64,000 nt of DNA from an uncultured Armatimonadetes bacterium. Lineage in GTDB: Bacteria > Armatimonadota > UBA5829 > DTJY01. The stretch spans positions 928,001 to 992,000 of the forward strand of contig OY970325.1 in the NCBI GenBank assembly GCA_963717145.1, written 5' to 3'. Each line of letters opens with the position of its first letter. Positions within the stretch are counted from its first letter, which is position 1. The position numbers were made by a program, and so were the translations under genes. Positions 39,934-50,946 of this stretch are shown here, piece after piece. The notes beneath the pieces are model-generated. The model did no database searches. It was not told the DNA's origin and was given only the letters and a program-made list of their open reading frames with translations.

Positions 39934-40929
39934 ATGCCCGCGAATCTGACCCCGCAGTACAAGGAAGCCGAAGACCGCTACCGTCAGGCCGAGACACCTG
40001 AGGAGAAACTCGCGGCCCTCGACGAGATGATGGCCGTCATCCCAAAGCACAAGGGCACGGAGCACATGCGCGCGGACATCAAGCGTCGCATCTCCAAGCT
40101 CAAGCAGGCCGATGAGAAGAAGACCGGCGGCAGACGGGGGCAGGAACATCAGGTGGAGAAGGAAGGCGGCGGGCAGGTCGCACTGGTCGGCCCTCCGAAC
40201 TCCGGCAAGTCGAAGCTGTTGTCCTGCATCACGAAAGCGCAACCCGAGATCGGCGACTACCCGTTCACCACCCAGAAGCCGCTGCCCGGCATGATGCCGT
40301 ATGAGGACATCAACATCCAGATCGTCGATATGCCGCCCATTACGGAGGAATTCACCGAGCCGTGGATGGCCGCGATCGCTCGCAATGCCGACGCCGCGCT
40401 GCTCATAGTCGATGTGTCCGACAGCGAGGTGCTCGACAAGATCGAGACGACGCTCGGCGTGCTGAAGAAGTACCGAGTCAGGCTCTACGGCCATGACCGT
40501 GCCGCGACCACCGACGAGTTTGGGCTAATCGTATGCAGGAAGATCATTCTGGTCGCAACGAAGGCGGATCGGCCCGACAGCGCCGGGAATCTGGAGGTCG
40601 TTCGTGAGTTCATCGGCGATCGATTCCCGATAGTGGCCGTCTCAGCCGAGTCGGGTGAGGGTCTGGAGCAGCTCAAGCAGGATGTATTCACGATGCTCGA
40701 TGTCGTGCGCTCATACACCAAGATTCCGGGTAAGCCGGCTGACATGGGTGCGCCGTATGTCGTCCCGCGGGGCACGACCGTCATCGAACTGGCAACAATG
40801 GTTCACAAGGATTTCGCAGAGAAGCTCAAATTCGCGCGCATCTGGGGTCACGGCAAGTTCGAGGGCCAGATGGTGAGCCGCGAGCACATCCTCGAAGACA
40901 GGGACATCATAGAGTTCCACGTTCAATAG
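39934..40929 (+). CDS. OBG/DRG-family GTPase with TGS domain
   Basis: MPANLTPQY, GPPNSGKS, YPFTT, TKAD, C-terminal TGS (VHKDF...LEDRD). Confidence 0.9.
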   Translation: MPANLTPQYKEAEDRYRQAETPEEKLAALDEMMAVIPKHKGTEHMRADIKRRISKLKQADEKKTGGRRGQEHQVEKEGGGQVALVGPPNSGKSKLLSCITKAQPEIGDYPFTTQKPLPGMMPYEDINIQIVDMPPITEEFTEPWMAAIARNADAALLIVDVSDSEVLDKIETTLGVLKKYRVRLYGHDRAATTDEFGLIVCRKIILVATKADRPDSAGNLEVVREFIGDRFPIVAVSAESGEGLEQLKQDVFTMLDVVRSYTKIPGKPADMGAPYVVPRGTTVIELATMVHKDFAEKLKFARIWGHGKFEGQMVSREHILEDRDIIEFHVQ

Positions 40930-40930
40930 T

Positions 40931-41935
40931 ATGGCCAAGATCACTCCCATAGACTCGGGCGGCATCATGCTCAGCTACAAGTGCAACTGCCGCTGTGCCC
41001 ACTGCCTGTATGCCTGCGGACCGGACTGGCAGGGATCGATGGACGTCGCCGATGCCGCGCGCATCTTCGAGGGTCTGCTAAAGACATCCAAGCACCTGCG
41101 GGGGTTTCACCTCGCGGGCGGTGAGCCGTTTCTCGATTTCGACCGACTGCTGAGAGTCCAGAGGCTTGCGAGCGAGTTCCGCATCCCGATCGAGTACGTC
41201 GAGACGAACGCCGGATGGTGCATCGACGACGCGTGCACACGGGAGAAGCTCGAGCAGTTGAAGGATGCCGGACTGCAGTGCATCCTCGTTTCATGCTCGC
41301 CGTTTCATGCGGAGAAGGTGCCGCTCGAGCGCGTCACGAACGCCATCAAGGTTGGTTACGATGTCTTTGGGCCGAACGGCGTGATCGTATGGGTGCCGGA
41401 GTTCTACCGCGAGCTGTCCCGGATCCGGACCGAGGGCACGATCAGCCTGAGCGAATACGTGGAATCGGTCGGGGAGAGCAGCGCGAAGTACACGATCCGC
41501 TCGGGGTACAGCCTGATCACCGGCGGGCGACTCGGCTATGGGCTTGGGCATCTCTACGAGCGTCGGCCTGCCGAACGATGCCAGGGCGACCACTGCGGCG
41601 CGGAACTACTGGAGTCCGGGCACGCGCATTTCGATCCCTACGGCAACCTGATCCCGGCGTTCTGCTCCGGGATTTCACTCGGCGACTCGCGCGACCTGGC
41701 CGCCTTGTGCGCCGAGTTCGACCTCGAGCGCCTGCCGCTCGTGAAGATACTCGCGGAGGGCGGCCCGTATGCGCTCTATGAGTTTGCCGTCGAGCGATAC
41801 GGATACGCTCCGCTCGATCAGGGCTACGTCGGCAAGTGCCACCTCTGTGTCGACGTCCGCCGCTGGATCAAGAGCCACACCAGCGAGTTCTCCGAACTCA
41901 CCCCGGATGGCTTCTATGACAATCTGACGCAGTGA
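40931..41935 (+). CDS. Radical SAM protein
   Basis: CNCRCAHC, GGEPF, ETN, C-terminal CHLC. Confidence 0.88.
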   Translation: MAKITPIDSGGIMLSYKCNCRCAHCLYACGPDWQGSMDVADAARIFEGLLKTSKHLRGFHLAGGEPFLDFDRLLRVQRLASEFRIPIEYVETNAGWCIDDACTREKLEQLKDAGLQCILVSCSPFHAEKVPLERVTNAIKVGYDVFGPNGVIVWVPEFYRELSRIRTEGTISLSEYVESVGESSAKYTIRSGYSLITGGRLGYGLGHLYERRPAERCQGDHCGAELLESGHAHFDPYGNLIPAFCSGISLGDSRDLAALCAEFDLERLPLVKILAEGGPYALYEFAVERYGYAPLDQGYVGKCHLCVDVRRWIKSHTSEFSELTPDGFYDNLTQ

Positions 41936-41954
41936 TCTCCGAACCACCACATAC

Positions 41955-41990
41955 GACACCGGCGTCCACTTGATAGTGGACGCCGGTGTC
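41955..41990. terminator. Hairpin between convergent genes, probable terminator
   Basis: 16-bp perfect stem GACACCGGCGTCCACT with a TGAT loop. Confidence 0.7.
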
Positions 41991-42015
41991 CGTTTCTATG
42001 CGATTGGCACTGATT

Positions 42016-43359
42016 CTATGCCTTGGCAGCAACGGCCCTGGCGGCGACATCCTTCTCCGGATCCTTGAAGAAGAGCAGGAACGCGATCGCGCAGACCACG
42101 GTCAGCGCGCAGGGAACGAGGAATACCTTCGTCCAGTTCAAGGGATCGATCTTCGGATCGAAAACCTTCATGATGTAGCCGGTGAACTGCGTCCCAAGCC
42201 ACGTGCCGATTCCGAGTGTGGCCAGAGTGAGCAGGCTCTGCGCCGATGCTCGGATGTCCTTCGTAGCCACCATGTCCACGAATATCTGGCTCGCGACGAA
42301 GAAGAATGCGTACCCCAATCCGTGCAACGTCAGGGATGCGATGACCGCCGGGCGCATGATCTCGATCGGTCCGTACGGTGCGGCGGCGAACACAATGTAC
42401 CTCAGCGGCCAGGCGATGACCCCGAGCGCGAGGGTCTTTCGGACGCCCCACTTGCGCAATGCAAGAGGAAGTATCAATGCCATCGCAATGATCTCCGCCA
42501 ACTGCGCAACCGCCATGGTAATGGGCACATTGGCTTTTGAGATCTGCAGGCCATTCTCGAGGAAGGCGGGAGTCGGCAGATAGTAGAATTGCAGCTCTGT
42601 CGTCACTACGAAGGCGATCAGCATGAACACAAGGAAGTTGCTGTTCTTCAGTAGTACGAACGCCTCTCTGAACGCCAGTGGATCGGCCGCCTCGTCCTTT
42701 GCCGGAGGAGTATGCGGCAGGAAGAACGAGAACACGCCCATGATCAAGCCAAATACTCCCGCCAGCATGATGCAGTCTGCGGTATTGGCGGGTATGGGAG
42801 GAATGTTGAGCTTGGATAGATGCACGATCAGGGGCTTGACATAAGGATGGGATGGCAATCCAGGAGTACTGAGAATCCGCCATGTTGTCAGCGACAATCC
42901 TGCGACAATCCAGCCCAGAGTGCCCCAGACGCGAATAGTGCCGAACTCCTTCTCGCTTCTGAGGTGATGGAATGCGAGCGAGTTGGTCAGTGCGAGCGTC
43001 GGCGCAAACACCAGCGAGTAAAGCGCCATGAAGATGAGCATGCTCGTGAAGTCGTGTGCTCTTGAGGCAAAGATCAGGAAGACCCCACCGAGCACGTGTA
43101 CGACGCCCAGGAACCATTGCGTCGGTACCCAACGATCGGCGATCTGGCCGCCGGTGAAGGGCGCAAGAATGCAGGCGAGAGGCAGCAGACCGAACAGGAA
43201 TGCGGCCTGAGGGCTCGAAAGGCCGAGACCCTTCGGCGCAACGTCTGTCAGGTAGGGCCAGAGGACCGGCGCCCATGCCCCCCAGATGGCGTACTGCAGG
43301 AACATCATAGCGCTTAAGCGGAAGCGTAAGCCGAAACCCATGTCATCCTCCATAGACAT
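42016..43359 (-). CDS. MFS nucleoside:H+ symporter family transporter
   Basis: LSAMMFLQYAIWGAW, GQIADRW, IRVWGTLGWI, DIRASAQ. Exact start uncertain. Confidence 0.88.
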   Translation of the reverse strand: MSMEDDMGFGLRFRLSAMMFLQYAIWGAWAPVLWPYLTDVAPKGLGLSSPQAAFLFGLLPLACILAPFTGGQIADRWVPTQWFLGVVHVLGGVFLIFASRAHDFTSMLIFMALYSLVFAPTLALTNSLAFHHLRSEKEFGTIRVWGTLGWIVAGLSLTTWRILSTPGLPSHPYVKPLIVHLSKLNIPPIPANTADCIMLAGVFGLIMGVFSFFLPHTPPAKDEAADPLAFREAFVLLKNSNFLVFMLIAFVVTTELQFYYLPTPAFLENGLQISKANVPITMAVAQLAEIIAMALILPLALRKWGVRKTLALGVIAWPLRYIVFAAAPYGPIEIMRPAVIASLTLHGLGYAFFFVASQIFVDMVATKDIRASAQSLLTLATLGIGTWLGTQFTGYIMKVFDPKIDPLNWTKVFLVPCALTVVCAIAFLLFFKDPEKDVAARAVAAKA

Positions 43360-43439
43360 CCGGGGCCGCGCCCCGTTCGCTCGAAATCACTGTCTGCACT
43401 CTTCCACGCGCTTGCTCGCCTTTCCTCCGTGGAGCGGGT

Positions 43440-43468
43440 TTGACATCCAGTGGGCCGATGCATACAAT
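43440..43468 (+). promoter_or_regulatory. Sigma70 promoter
   Basis: TTGACA-N17-TACAAT. Confidence 0.75.
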
Positions 43469-43486
43469 CACTCAGGGGGTGGTAAC

Positions 43487-43687
43487 GTGAAGATGAGCAT
43501 CGACATCGACGAGCAACTATTGGCGGAAGCCAAGTCTGTGGGCCATCACACAACCGACGATTCGGCGGTCAATGAGGCTCTCTCGGAATACGTTCAACTC
43601 CACAAACGGGGGCGAACCCTGGATCTCATCGGCAAGGTAGAGTTCGATCCGTCCTACGACTACAAGGCAGAGAGGAAGCGCAGATGA
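43487..43687 (+). CDS. VapB-family (DUF2191-like) antitoxin with no adjacent toxin
   Basis: [12 protein letters not shown]...AVNEAL.EYV...[15 protein letters not shown]. Confidence 0.7.
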   Translation: MKMSIDIDEQLLAEAKSVGHHTTDDSAVNEALSEYVQLHKRGRTLDLIGKVEFDPSYDYKAERKRR

Positions 43688-44097
43688 AATCACACACCGA
43701 GTATCTCTGGATGAACACGTTGAAACAGCGCGAGTTCGTCAACATCACTGAGGAGTGCGAGCGCATACTTCGGGAGAGCGGCATCAGGGAAGGCATGATG
43801 CTCGTCTCAGCGATGCACATCACCGCGGGCGTCTGGGTGAACGACAACGAGTCGGGAATCCTCCAGGATGCCATGGACTTCCTGGAGCGACTCGCACCCC
43901 ATGGCCCGGATTACCGACACCATCGCACGGGGGAAGACAATGGGGACGCGCACCTCAAGAATCTGCTCACGCATCATCAGGTGATTGTCCCGGTCACGGA
44001 GGGGCGGCTCGATCTCGGACCGTGGCAGACGATCTTCTATGCCGAGTTCGACGGACGGCGACGGAAGCGTGTGGTGGTCAAAGTGATGGGTGAATGA
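43684..44097 (+). CDS. yjbQ: YjbQ/UPF0047 secondary thiamine-phosphate synthase family protein
   Basis: [35 protein letters not shown]. Confidence 0.92.
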   Translation: MKSHTEYLWMNTLKQREFVNITEECERILRESGIREGMMLVSAMHITAGVWVNDNESGILQDAMDFLERLAPHGPDYRHHRTGEDNGDAHLKNLLTHHQVIVPVTEGRLDLGPWQTIFYAEFDGRRRKRVVVKVMGE

Positions 44098-44147
44098 CCA
44101 TCCCTGGGTATACTTAGTCAATAGCGGCGACAAGGCTTGTTCAAGAT

Positions 44148-46658
44148 ATGTCGCCCACAGAGAGATCAACCTTGAAGAAAGACCATGAGCAGCCTGAGCC
44201 ACATCCCTCGCTGAATGGGCAGGAGGCACGATACAGAGAACTCCTGGATACCATACCCGATTGGGTCTGGGAGGTCGACCTCGATGGCCGGTTCACGTAT
44301 TCGAATGCCGGCGTCACCCAGGTCTTGGGTTACAGCCCGGAGCAGGTTGTCGGTTGTTCGGCATTCGAATTCCTCAGCCCTGAAGATCACGACAGGATAC
44401 GTGGAATACTTGGCGAGGCAGTCGAAAAACGCCACGGGTTCAAGGGCGTCGTGCACAGAATGCGTCACCAGGATGGCACGACGCGAATCATTGAATCGTC
44501 CGGAAGTCCTGTGTTCGACTCAGAAAGCAATCTCGTCGGTTTCCGCGGGATAGACCGCGACGTGACGCAACGCGTCAATGCGGAAGAGGCGCTCGCAGAT
44601 GCGGAGGCTCTGTACAGGAGTCTCGTCGAGGAATCGCTCGTAGGCGTATACGTCATCCAGGACGGGAAGTTCGTCTACGCAAATCCGAGGCTCGCTGAGA
44701 TATACGCATTCGATGCTCCGGGGGAAATGGTTGGCAAGAGCGTGGACGATCTCGTGGCGCCCGGCAGCCGCGAGATCGTGCTGGAGAACATCAGTAAGCG
44801 CCTTTCAGGACAGCCGAAGAGCATTCGGTACTCTCTGGAGGGTGTGCGCAAGGATGGCAGCATCGTCAATGTCGAGGTATACGGATCGCGAACGATATAC
44901 CACGGCCGCCCCGCTGTTATCGGCTCCCTTGTCGACATCACCGAGCGTGTCAAGGCGGAGGAGATCGAGCGACGCAGACGGCAGGCGCTGACGACCCTCG
45001 TGGACAGCCTGCCGGGGTATGCGTTTCTCAAAGACGCCGACAGTGTCTACGTGACTGCGAATCAGACGTTCGCGAAAGCCGTCGGCACTACTCCCGACGA
45101 GATTGTCGGCAAGACAGACTACGACCTGTTTCCCAGGGATCTCGCGGAAAAGTACCGTGCCGATGATCGACGGCTGGTAGAGACCGCACAACCGCTGCAT
45201 GTCGGCGAGGAGGACATGATCGAGGGCGACCGGCGCATCACGGTAGCAACTCGAAAAGTGCCTCTAACGGACGAAACCGGCAACGTGGTCGGTCTCATCG
45301 GCCTCGGATTCGACGTCACCGAACGCAAGCAGGCGGAAGAGGCTATACGGGCTTCGGAGGCAAACTATCGGGCCATCTTCGATGCCGCCAATGACGCAAT
45401 CTTCGTGCATGACATAACGAACGGCGCGATACTCGATGTTAATCGCAAGATGACCGAGATGTACGGCTATACACCGGAGGAAGTCCGAGAGTTGCCGGTC
45501 GAGGCCCTGAGCGCCGGAACGCCGCCCTACACGCAGGAAGAGGCAATCCTCTGGATAAGAAAGGCGGTTGAGGGAGAGCCTCAACTCTTCGAATGGAGGG
45601 CCAAAGACAGGTCGGGCCGGGTGTTTTGGGTGGAGGTCAATCTCAAACGTGCCGTGATCGGCGGCCAGGACCGCCTCCTGGCGGTTGTGAGAGACGTCAC
45701 GGCGCGCAAGCACGTGGAAGAGGCGCTCCGCCGCTCCGAGGGGAACTTCCGCGCCATCTTCAACTATGCTCCCGCTTTGATCATCACGTATGACAGGGAG
45801 GCCGTGGTGCTGGAGGTGAATCAGGCTTTCGAGCGCTTCAGTGGGTTCGCGAAGGAGCAACTGGTGGGACGTTCGATGTTCGAGACGTTCGCCAATCCGG
45901 AGATCCTGGCGAAGAAGGAGGATCTGATCGAGAGCGTCTTTTCCGGGAATACAATCCAGGACACGGAATGGGAGGCTGTTCGCCCAGACGGAACGAAGGT
46001 CTACGCGCTTGCGAACACCACCCCGGCGTATGATGATGAGGGCAACGTCTCCAAAGCGCTCTCGATGGGCGTGGATATCACCGAGCGCAAGGCGGCCGAG
46101 CGTTACCAGCGAGAGATGGACCAGCACAAGCGCGATTTCTACCGCCGCACCATCCTGGCCGCCACCGAAGGCAAGCTGGTCATCTCCGAGCAGGCTGAGA
46201 TTCGGGAGATCGCCGGACCACCGATCAAGGATTGGGAGATAGCTCGCGGTGAGGACCTCGGGCTCATACGCCATGAGGTCATGGAGATCGCTCAGAGTTC
46301 CGGAATGGATGAGGCGCGCGTCTACGATCTCGTTCTGGCAGTCGGGGAGATCACTACGAACGCTTTCAAACATGCGGGATCGGGACAGGCATTCCTTAGT
46401 AAGCGAGACGATGAGTTGGTTTTCATGGTGTCCGACCATGGTCCCGGCATCGAGGCGGTGACTTTGCCTGAGGTGGCCTTAACAAGAGGCTACTCGACGG
46501 CAGGTACGCTGGGCATGGGGTACAAGGCTGTGCTGTCCATCGTGGATAGGGTTTATTTGGCGACCGGCCCATGGGGCACGACAGTGGCCGTCGAGATGAG
46601 TTTGCACCCAGTTCAGAAGTCACATTTCATCCCGGATACATGGGCAGCACAAAGGTGA
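44148..46658 (+). CDS. Five PAS domains plus RsbW/RsbT-type serine kinase ATPase domain
   Basis: Five PAS/PAC units ending DVT/DIT; EITTNAFKHAG, DHGPGI, GYSTAGTLGMG; no HisKA. Confidence 0.85.
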   Translation: MSPTERSTLKKDHEQPEPHPSLNGQEARYRELLDTIPDWVWEVDLDGRFTYSNAGVTQVLGYSPEQVVGCSAFEFLSPEDHDRIRGILGEAVEKRHGFKGVVHRMRHQDGTTRIIESSGSPVFDSESNLVGFRGIDRDVTQRVNAEEALADAEALYRSLVEESLVGVYVIQDGKFVYANPRLAEIYAFDAPGEMVGKSVDDLVAPGSREIVLENISKRLSGQPKSIRYSLEGVRKDGSIVNVEVYGSRTIYHGRPAVIGSLVDITERVKAEEIERRRRQALTTLVDSLPGYAFLKDADSVYVTANQTFAKAVGTTPDEIVGKTDYDLFPRDLAEKYRADDRRLVETAQPLHVGEEDMIEGDRRITVATRKVPLTDETGNVVGLIGLGFDVTERKQAEEAIRASEANYRAIFDAANDAIFVHDITNGAILDVNRKMTEMYGYTPEEVRELPVEALSAGTPPYTQEEAILWIRKAVEGEPQLFEWRAKDRSGRVFWVEVNLKRAVIGGQDRLLAVVRDVTARKHVEEALRRSEGNFRAIFNYAPALIITYDREAVVLEVNQAFERFSGFAKEQLVGRSMFETFANPEILAKKEDLIESVFSGNTIQDTEWEAVRPDGTKVYALANTTPAYDDEGNVSKALSMGVDITERKAAERYQREMDQHKRDFYRRTILAATEGKLVISEQAEIREIAGPPIKDWEIARGEDLGLIRHEVMEIAQSSGMDEARVYDLVLAVGEITTNAFKHAGSGQAFLSKRDDELVFMVSDHGPGIEAVTLPEVALTRGYSTAGTLGMGYKAVLSIVDRVYLATGPWGTTVAVEMSLHPVQKSHFIPDTWAAQR

Positions 46659-46702
46659 TCGCACCGCACGTTGTTTCCGGTACAGCACGAGACTGCGCTC
46701 CT

Positions 46703-46786
46703 AAGAAACAGCCGATCTCCAGACGACTCCCGTCGTCGGCCGCAGCCCGCCGACGACGGGAGTCGTCTGGAGATCGGCTGTTTCTT
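46703..46786. repeat. 38-bp perfect inverted repeat between convergent genes
   Basis: AAGAAACAGCCGATCTCCAGACGACTCCCGTCGTCGGC, 8-nt loop, exact reverse complement. Confidence 0.85.
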
Positions 46787-46860
46787 TCTGAAACAACTGC
46801 GCTTGCGCAGTCACTTGCTCGGAATGACATCCGCACAGCGCTTCCTGGGAAGCGCAGCCC

Positions 46861-47566
46861 CTATAGACGCGAGATGATGGGTCGGATCTTCACGTTTCGG
46901 AATGAGACCTTGCTGCCATGGTCCTGGAAGCCGATGTATCCCTTGCGAGGCATATCCTTGTAGGCGGTCCGAAACTTGTTGGGGGTGCCATCCGGGTTCT
47001 GGCGCGGCGTAACCCACCTGTCGAGGTTCATATTCACCACACGCTTGTGGTTCACGTCGACGAATATGCGGTTCTTCCGGCATGTGATCATGACGTTGTT
47101 CCACTCGCCGGCGGGCTTGCATGCGATCTTACTCGGTGCGAGGCAGTCGTAGATTGCGCCGAAGTCATGCCTGTCCGGCTTCTGTTTGCCATACGAGTCG
47201 AGAATCTGCATTTCGAATCCCGTCTGCACCGGATCGCCCAGATCCTTCCACCTGAAGAATATCCCGCTGTTCGCGCCTTTCAAGTACTTGACGTCGACTG
47301 AAAGCACGAAATCACCGAACTGCTCCTCGGTGGCCAGCACGCCACCGCCCTTTGCGAGACCGGCGATCTCACCGTTCTCGACGATCCACCCCTTCGCATC
47401 GCCGGTTGCCTTCCAACCGTCGAGGGTCTTGCCGTCGAACAGGAGCTTCCAGCCCGCGGTCTTCTCCGTCGGCGTCAGGACGTTGACGGCAGCGTAGAGA
47501 GCACCTGCGAGCACCGAGCCCTGCGATGCATAGTACTGCGATGATAGCTAAGGTTCTTCGTCTCAA
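46861..47566 (-). CDS. DUF1080 (3-keto-disaccharide hydrolase) secreted protein, frameshift in the signal peptide near 47520
   Basis: LFDGKTLDGW, NSGIFF, EMQILD, GYIGFQDHG..V.FRN; signal peptide RRRTLAIIAVLCIAG lies in the adjacent frame after an RBS. Confidence 0.85.
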
Positions 47567-47764
47567 TGGAGCCTCCCTGATCCTTTGAGTGCGCGGCACG
47601 GTACGCGCCTCTGTCATATGGTATTCGACATGGTGCGCGGCTTTTCCTTACCACCGTGGATGGAGCGCGAGCAAAGGAAGTCGGCTCTCCCACGGTTGAC
47701 GTCATTGTCGTGACCTGCTACCCTATCAGCGTTGTTTCAGCCACACATCTGAGGGATACTTACC

Positions 47765-49843
47765 ATGAGATTGCGAATGCCGACCGTAGTTCTTGCTTCA
47801 CTCCTCGCAGCAGCCTTGTTTGTCGCGCCTGCGACTTCACAGCCGAGAGATTCCGCCGAGAAGGTTCGGACCGACATACTGGTGATCGGCTCGACCCCGT
47901 GCGGGATAGCATCCGCGATCGCGGCTGCACGCCATGGGGAGAAGGTCATACTCGCCGACATGAACGACTTCATGGGCGGGATGATGACAAACGGTCTCGG
48001 CAAGACCGACATAGGCCCGAGACATACCATCAAAGGTATCTTCAAGGAGTTCGTCGACAACGTCTACGCCGACTATGTCGAGAAATACGGACAGGACTCG
48101 GATCAGGTCAGGCAGTGCAGCGACGGCTACTACTTCGAACCTCATGTCGCCGAGAAGATTCTCAACCGTATGGTGAAGGCGGAGAAGAACATCACTCTAA
48201 GGTATCACTACCGTCCGGACGGCGTTCTCGTTCAGCGTGATACCCTCGACGGCGTCTACTTCATCGACACCGAGCGCAACAAGCGGGTCGAGATCCGCGC
48301 AGCCGTCTTCATCGATGCCACCTACGAGGGCGACATCGCCGCCATGTGTGGGGCCGCTTACCGGGTCGGCCGTGAATCGAAGGAGGAGTTCGGCGAGCCG
48401 TTCGCGGGGGTGCTCTACATGGACCATTACACCAGGATGATCCTGCCGGGCACGACCGGCGAGGCGGACAAGCGCGTTCAGGCCTACAACTTCCGCCTGA
48501 CTTTGACCGCCAACCCAGGCAACCGTGTGATGCCGAAGAAACCGGATGGCTACAACCGCGATGAATACCTGCAGGTCCTCGAATCGATCGAGAAGGGGCG
48601 CATCAAGACCGTCCAGGATGTCCTGAACATCGAGTTCATCGCGAACGGGAAGTCCGATACGAACAACATGCCACGTTCCCTCATCTCGACGGACCTGCCC
48701 GAGGAGAACTACACCTATCCCGAGGCGAGCTATCCCGAGCGCGAGGAGATCGTCAAGCGCCACAGGGACTACATCATGGGCTTGCTCTGGTTCCTGCAGA
48801 ATGACACCGAGATGCCTGAGACGCTCAGAGCCGAGTGCGCGAAGTACGGTTTCGCGAAGGACGAGTATCCCGACAACGACCACTTCCCCAGGCAGATATA
48901 TGTCCGCGAGGCTCGCAGAATATGGGCCGACTACAACTTCACGGCCCACGATGCGCTGCTCGGCCCCGGGATCGAGCGCACTCCGATCCATTGGGACAGC
49001 ATCGCCTGCGGGGGATACGCGATGGACTCCCACGCGACCCGGAAGCGCGAACCGGACCACGAGGTGATGGAAGGCTTCTACTATATGGGCGGCATGACGC
49101 AGCCCTACCAAATTCCATACGGCGTGATGGTTCCTCAGAAGATCAACGGCCTCCTGGTGCCCGGAGCGGCTTCGGCGACGCACATCGGATTCGGCACGCT
49201 GCGCATGGAGCCGGTATGGATCGCTCTCGGACAGGCCGCCGGGACGTCCGCACACATCGCGAGGCAGCTCTTCATTGACCCACGGGACGTGCCGATCAAT
49301 CGGCTGCAGGCGGTGCTCCTCAATGATAATCAGATCATCACCACCTACAATGAGATGAAGACGCCGACCACCTCTGTCACCGAGAACCAGTGGAAGGCCC
49401 TGCAGTTCTGGGGCACGCGGGGATTCTTCACGTCCTACGATGCGCTCCCGATGCAGGACATCACTCGCGGCGAGGCTGCTTCGTGGCTGATGAGCGCGAT
49501 CAAGCTGGGCGACTTTATGACGGCGTTTGGTCCGTTAATGAAGCACAATGGAGGTGGCTCAGAGGCTTCGAGCCTCACCCAACTCCAGGGGTTGCAGATC
49601 ATTCCGGCCGCCGGCGATCCGGACACGGTGCTGACGTCCGCCGAACTGAAGCTCTGGCTCGCGCGCATCGAGCCGTGGAACGACGGCACACTCGCCGACG
49701 GGTGGACGAAGCGCGTGAAGCCCAAGGAGTCGCTCCCGACTGCGGTCGGGGACGCCGACAACAATCTCAAAATCACAAGGGCGCAATTCTGCGAAGCGCT
49801 TTATGACAAGTACAGATACGCCACGCCGGGGCAGATTCACTAA
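47765..49843 (+). CDS. Secreted FAD-dependent oxidoreductase
   Basis: Signal peptide; IDATYEGD, VQAYNFRL, YVREARR, YQIPY, TLRMEP. Confidence 0.88.
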   Translation: MRLRMPTVVLASLLAAALFVAPATSQPRDSAEKVRTDILVIGSTPCGIASAIAAARHGEKVILADMNDFMGGMMTNGLGKTDIGPRHTIKGIFKEFVDNVYADYVEKYGQDSDQVRQCSDGYYFEPHVAEKILNRMVKAEKNITLRYHYRPDGVLVQRDTLDGVYFIDTERNKRVEIRAAVFIDATYEGDIAAMCGAAYRVGRESKEEFGEPFAGVLYMDHYTRMILPGTTGEADKRVQAYNFRLTLTANPGNRVMPKKPDGYNRDEYLQVLESIEKGRIKTVQDVLNIEFIANGKSDTNNMPRSLISTDLPEENYTYPEASYPEREEIVKRHRDYIMGLLWFLQNDTEMPETLRAECAKYGFAKDEYPDNDHFPRQIYVREARRIWADYNFTAHDALLGPGIERTPIHWDSIACGGYAMDSHATRKREPDHEVMEGFYYMGGMTQPYQIPYGVMVPQKINGLLVPGAASATHIGFGTLRMEPVWIALGQAAGTSAHIARQLFIDPRDVPINRLQAVLLNDNQIITTYNEMKTPTTSVTENQWKALQFWGTRGFFTSYDALPMQDITRGEAASWLMSAIKLGDFMTAFGPLMKHNGGGSEASSLTQLQGLQIIPAAGDPDTVLTSAELKLWLARIEPWNDGTLADGWTKRVKPKESLPTAVGDADNNLKITRAQFCEALYDKYRYATPGQIH

Positions 49844-49888
49844 ACAGCAGGATACACGTGTCTCCGCATTGAACTGGACGTGGAGTGC

Positions 49889-49966
49889 GGAAGCGTAGGG
49901 AACGGCCGCCGTCCCGTTCCGATCTGCGGGAGGCGGAACGGGACGGCGGCCGTTCCCTACGCTTCC
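49889..49966. repeat. GTAG-type REP pair, 33-bp perfect inverted repeat
   Basis: GGAAGCGTAGGGAACGGCCGCCGTCCCGTTCCG, 12-nt loop, exact reverse complement. Confidence 0.85.
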
Positions 49967-49992
49967 CGGCAACAAATAGAGGAGCAACCGAC

Positions 49993-50946
49993 ATGTCGAT
50001 CAACCTTATCAGCACCATCAAGGGCTCTCTGCTGGAGGGGTTCTTCCCTCAGGGCTGGGACCTCAAGAAGATAGACCGGCTCTGCAGTCTCCCCCCGGAG
50101 TGGATCACTGACCGCCAGACGTGGTGGAATCCCGGATTCCGCGCGGTCCCGTGTGAGAACCTGGCCGACTTCGACGTGATGATGGGCGAGGCGATCGCTT
50201 CATGCATCCGGAACGCCCGCATCGCCGGGAAGCCGATCGCGTTCATCCTGCCGGTCGGGCCGATGGGAATGTATCGCTGGGCGGTCTACTTCCTCAAGGA
50301 GTGGAACGTCAAGTGCGACCACGTCCACGGGTTCAACATGGACGAATGGAGCGACGGGGAGGGCAACACAGTCGATCCGGGCAGCTCCGAGTCGTTCCAG
50401 TATGCGATGGAAGAAGCATTCTACGGGCCGCTCGGCGACTTGACCGTCCCGAAGGAGCAGCGTCACTTCGCGGTGAAGTCGGAGCTTCCGACCTACGGCG
50501 AGAAGATCCGGGCGCTCAAGGCTCAGGGAGCGAAACTGGTCGTCGTCTTCGGCATCGGCCGAGTCTGCCACATCGCATTCTGGGAGCCGCACTTCGCCGC
50601 GGAGTTCTCCATCGACGAGTGGAAGAAGCAGGAGTTCCGGCTCGGCGCGCTTCTCCATCCGCTGACGATCGAGCAGAACGCGATCACGAGTTTCAAGAGC
50701 CGCACGACGCTCGTACCCGCGCGGGCGAACACGATCGGACCGGGGCTCTTCCTGATGGCGGACGAGATCATCGGCGGCGCGGACGGCACGCTCGGGCGCG
50801 GGATGATGTGGCAGGGGATGTCGCTCTGGATGACGCTGCGACACGAGCCGACTCCCTGGATTCCGAGCACGTTCATGCCGACGCTCGCCGGCAGGCTCTT
50901 CTTCCTGAAGGAACTGGCCGGCCCGCTGGTGGCGGAGTGTAACTGA
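49993..50946 (+). CDS. Glucosamine-6-phosphate isomerase/deaminase-like protein
   Basis: [34 protein letters not shown]. Confidence 0.8.
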   Translation: MSINLISTIKGSLLEGFFPQGWDLKKIDRLCSLPPEWITDRQTWWNPGFRAVPCENLADFDVMMGEAIASCIRNARIAGKPIAFILPVGPMGMYRWAVYFLKEWNVKCDHVHGFNMDEWSDGEGNTVDPGSSESFQYAMEEAFYGPLGDLTVPKEQRHFAVKSELPTYGEKIRALKAQGAKLVVVFGIGRVCHIAFWEPHFAAEFSIDEWKKQEFRLGALLHPLTIEQNAITSFKSRTTLVPARANTIGPGLFLMADEIIGGADGTLGRGMMWQGMSLWMTLRHEPTPWIPSTFMPTLAGRLFFLKELAGPLVAECN

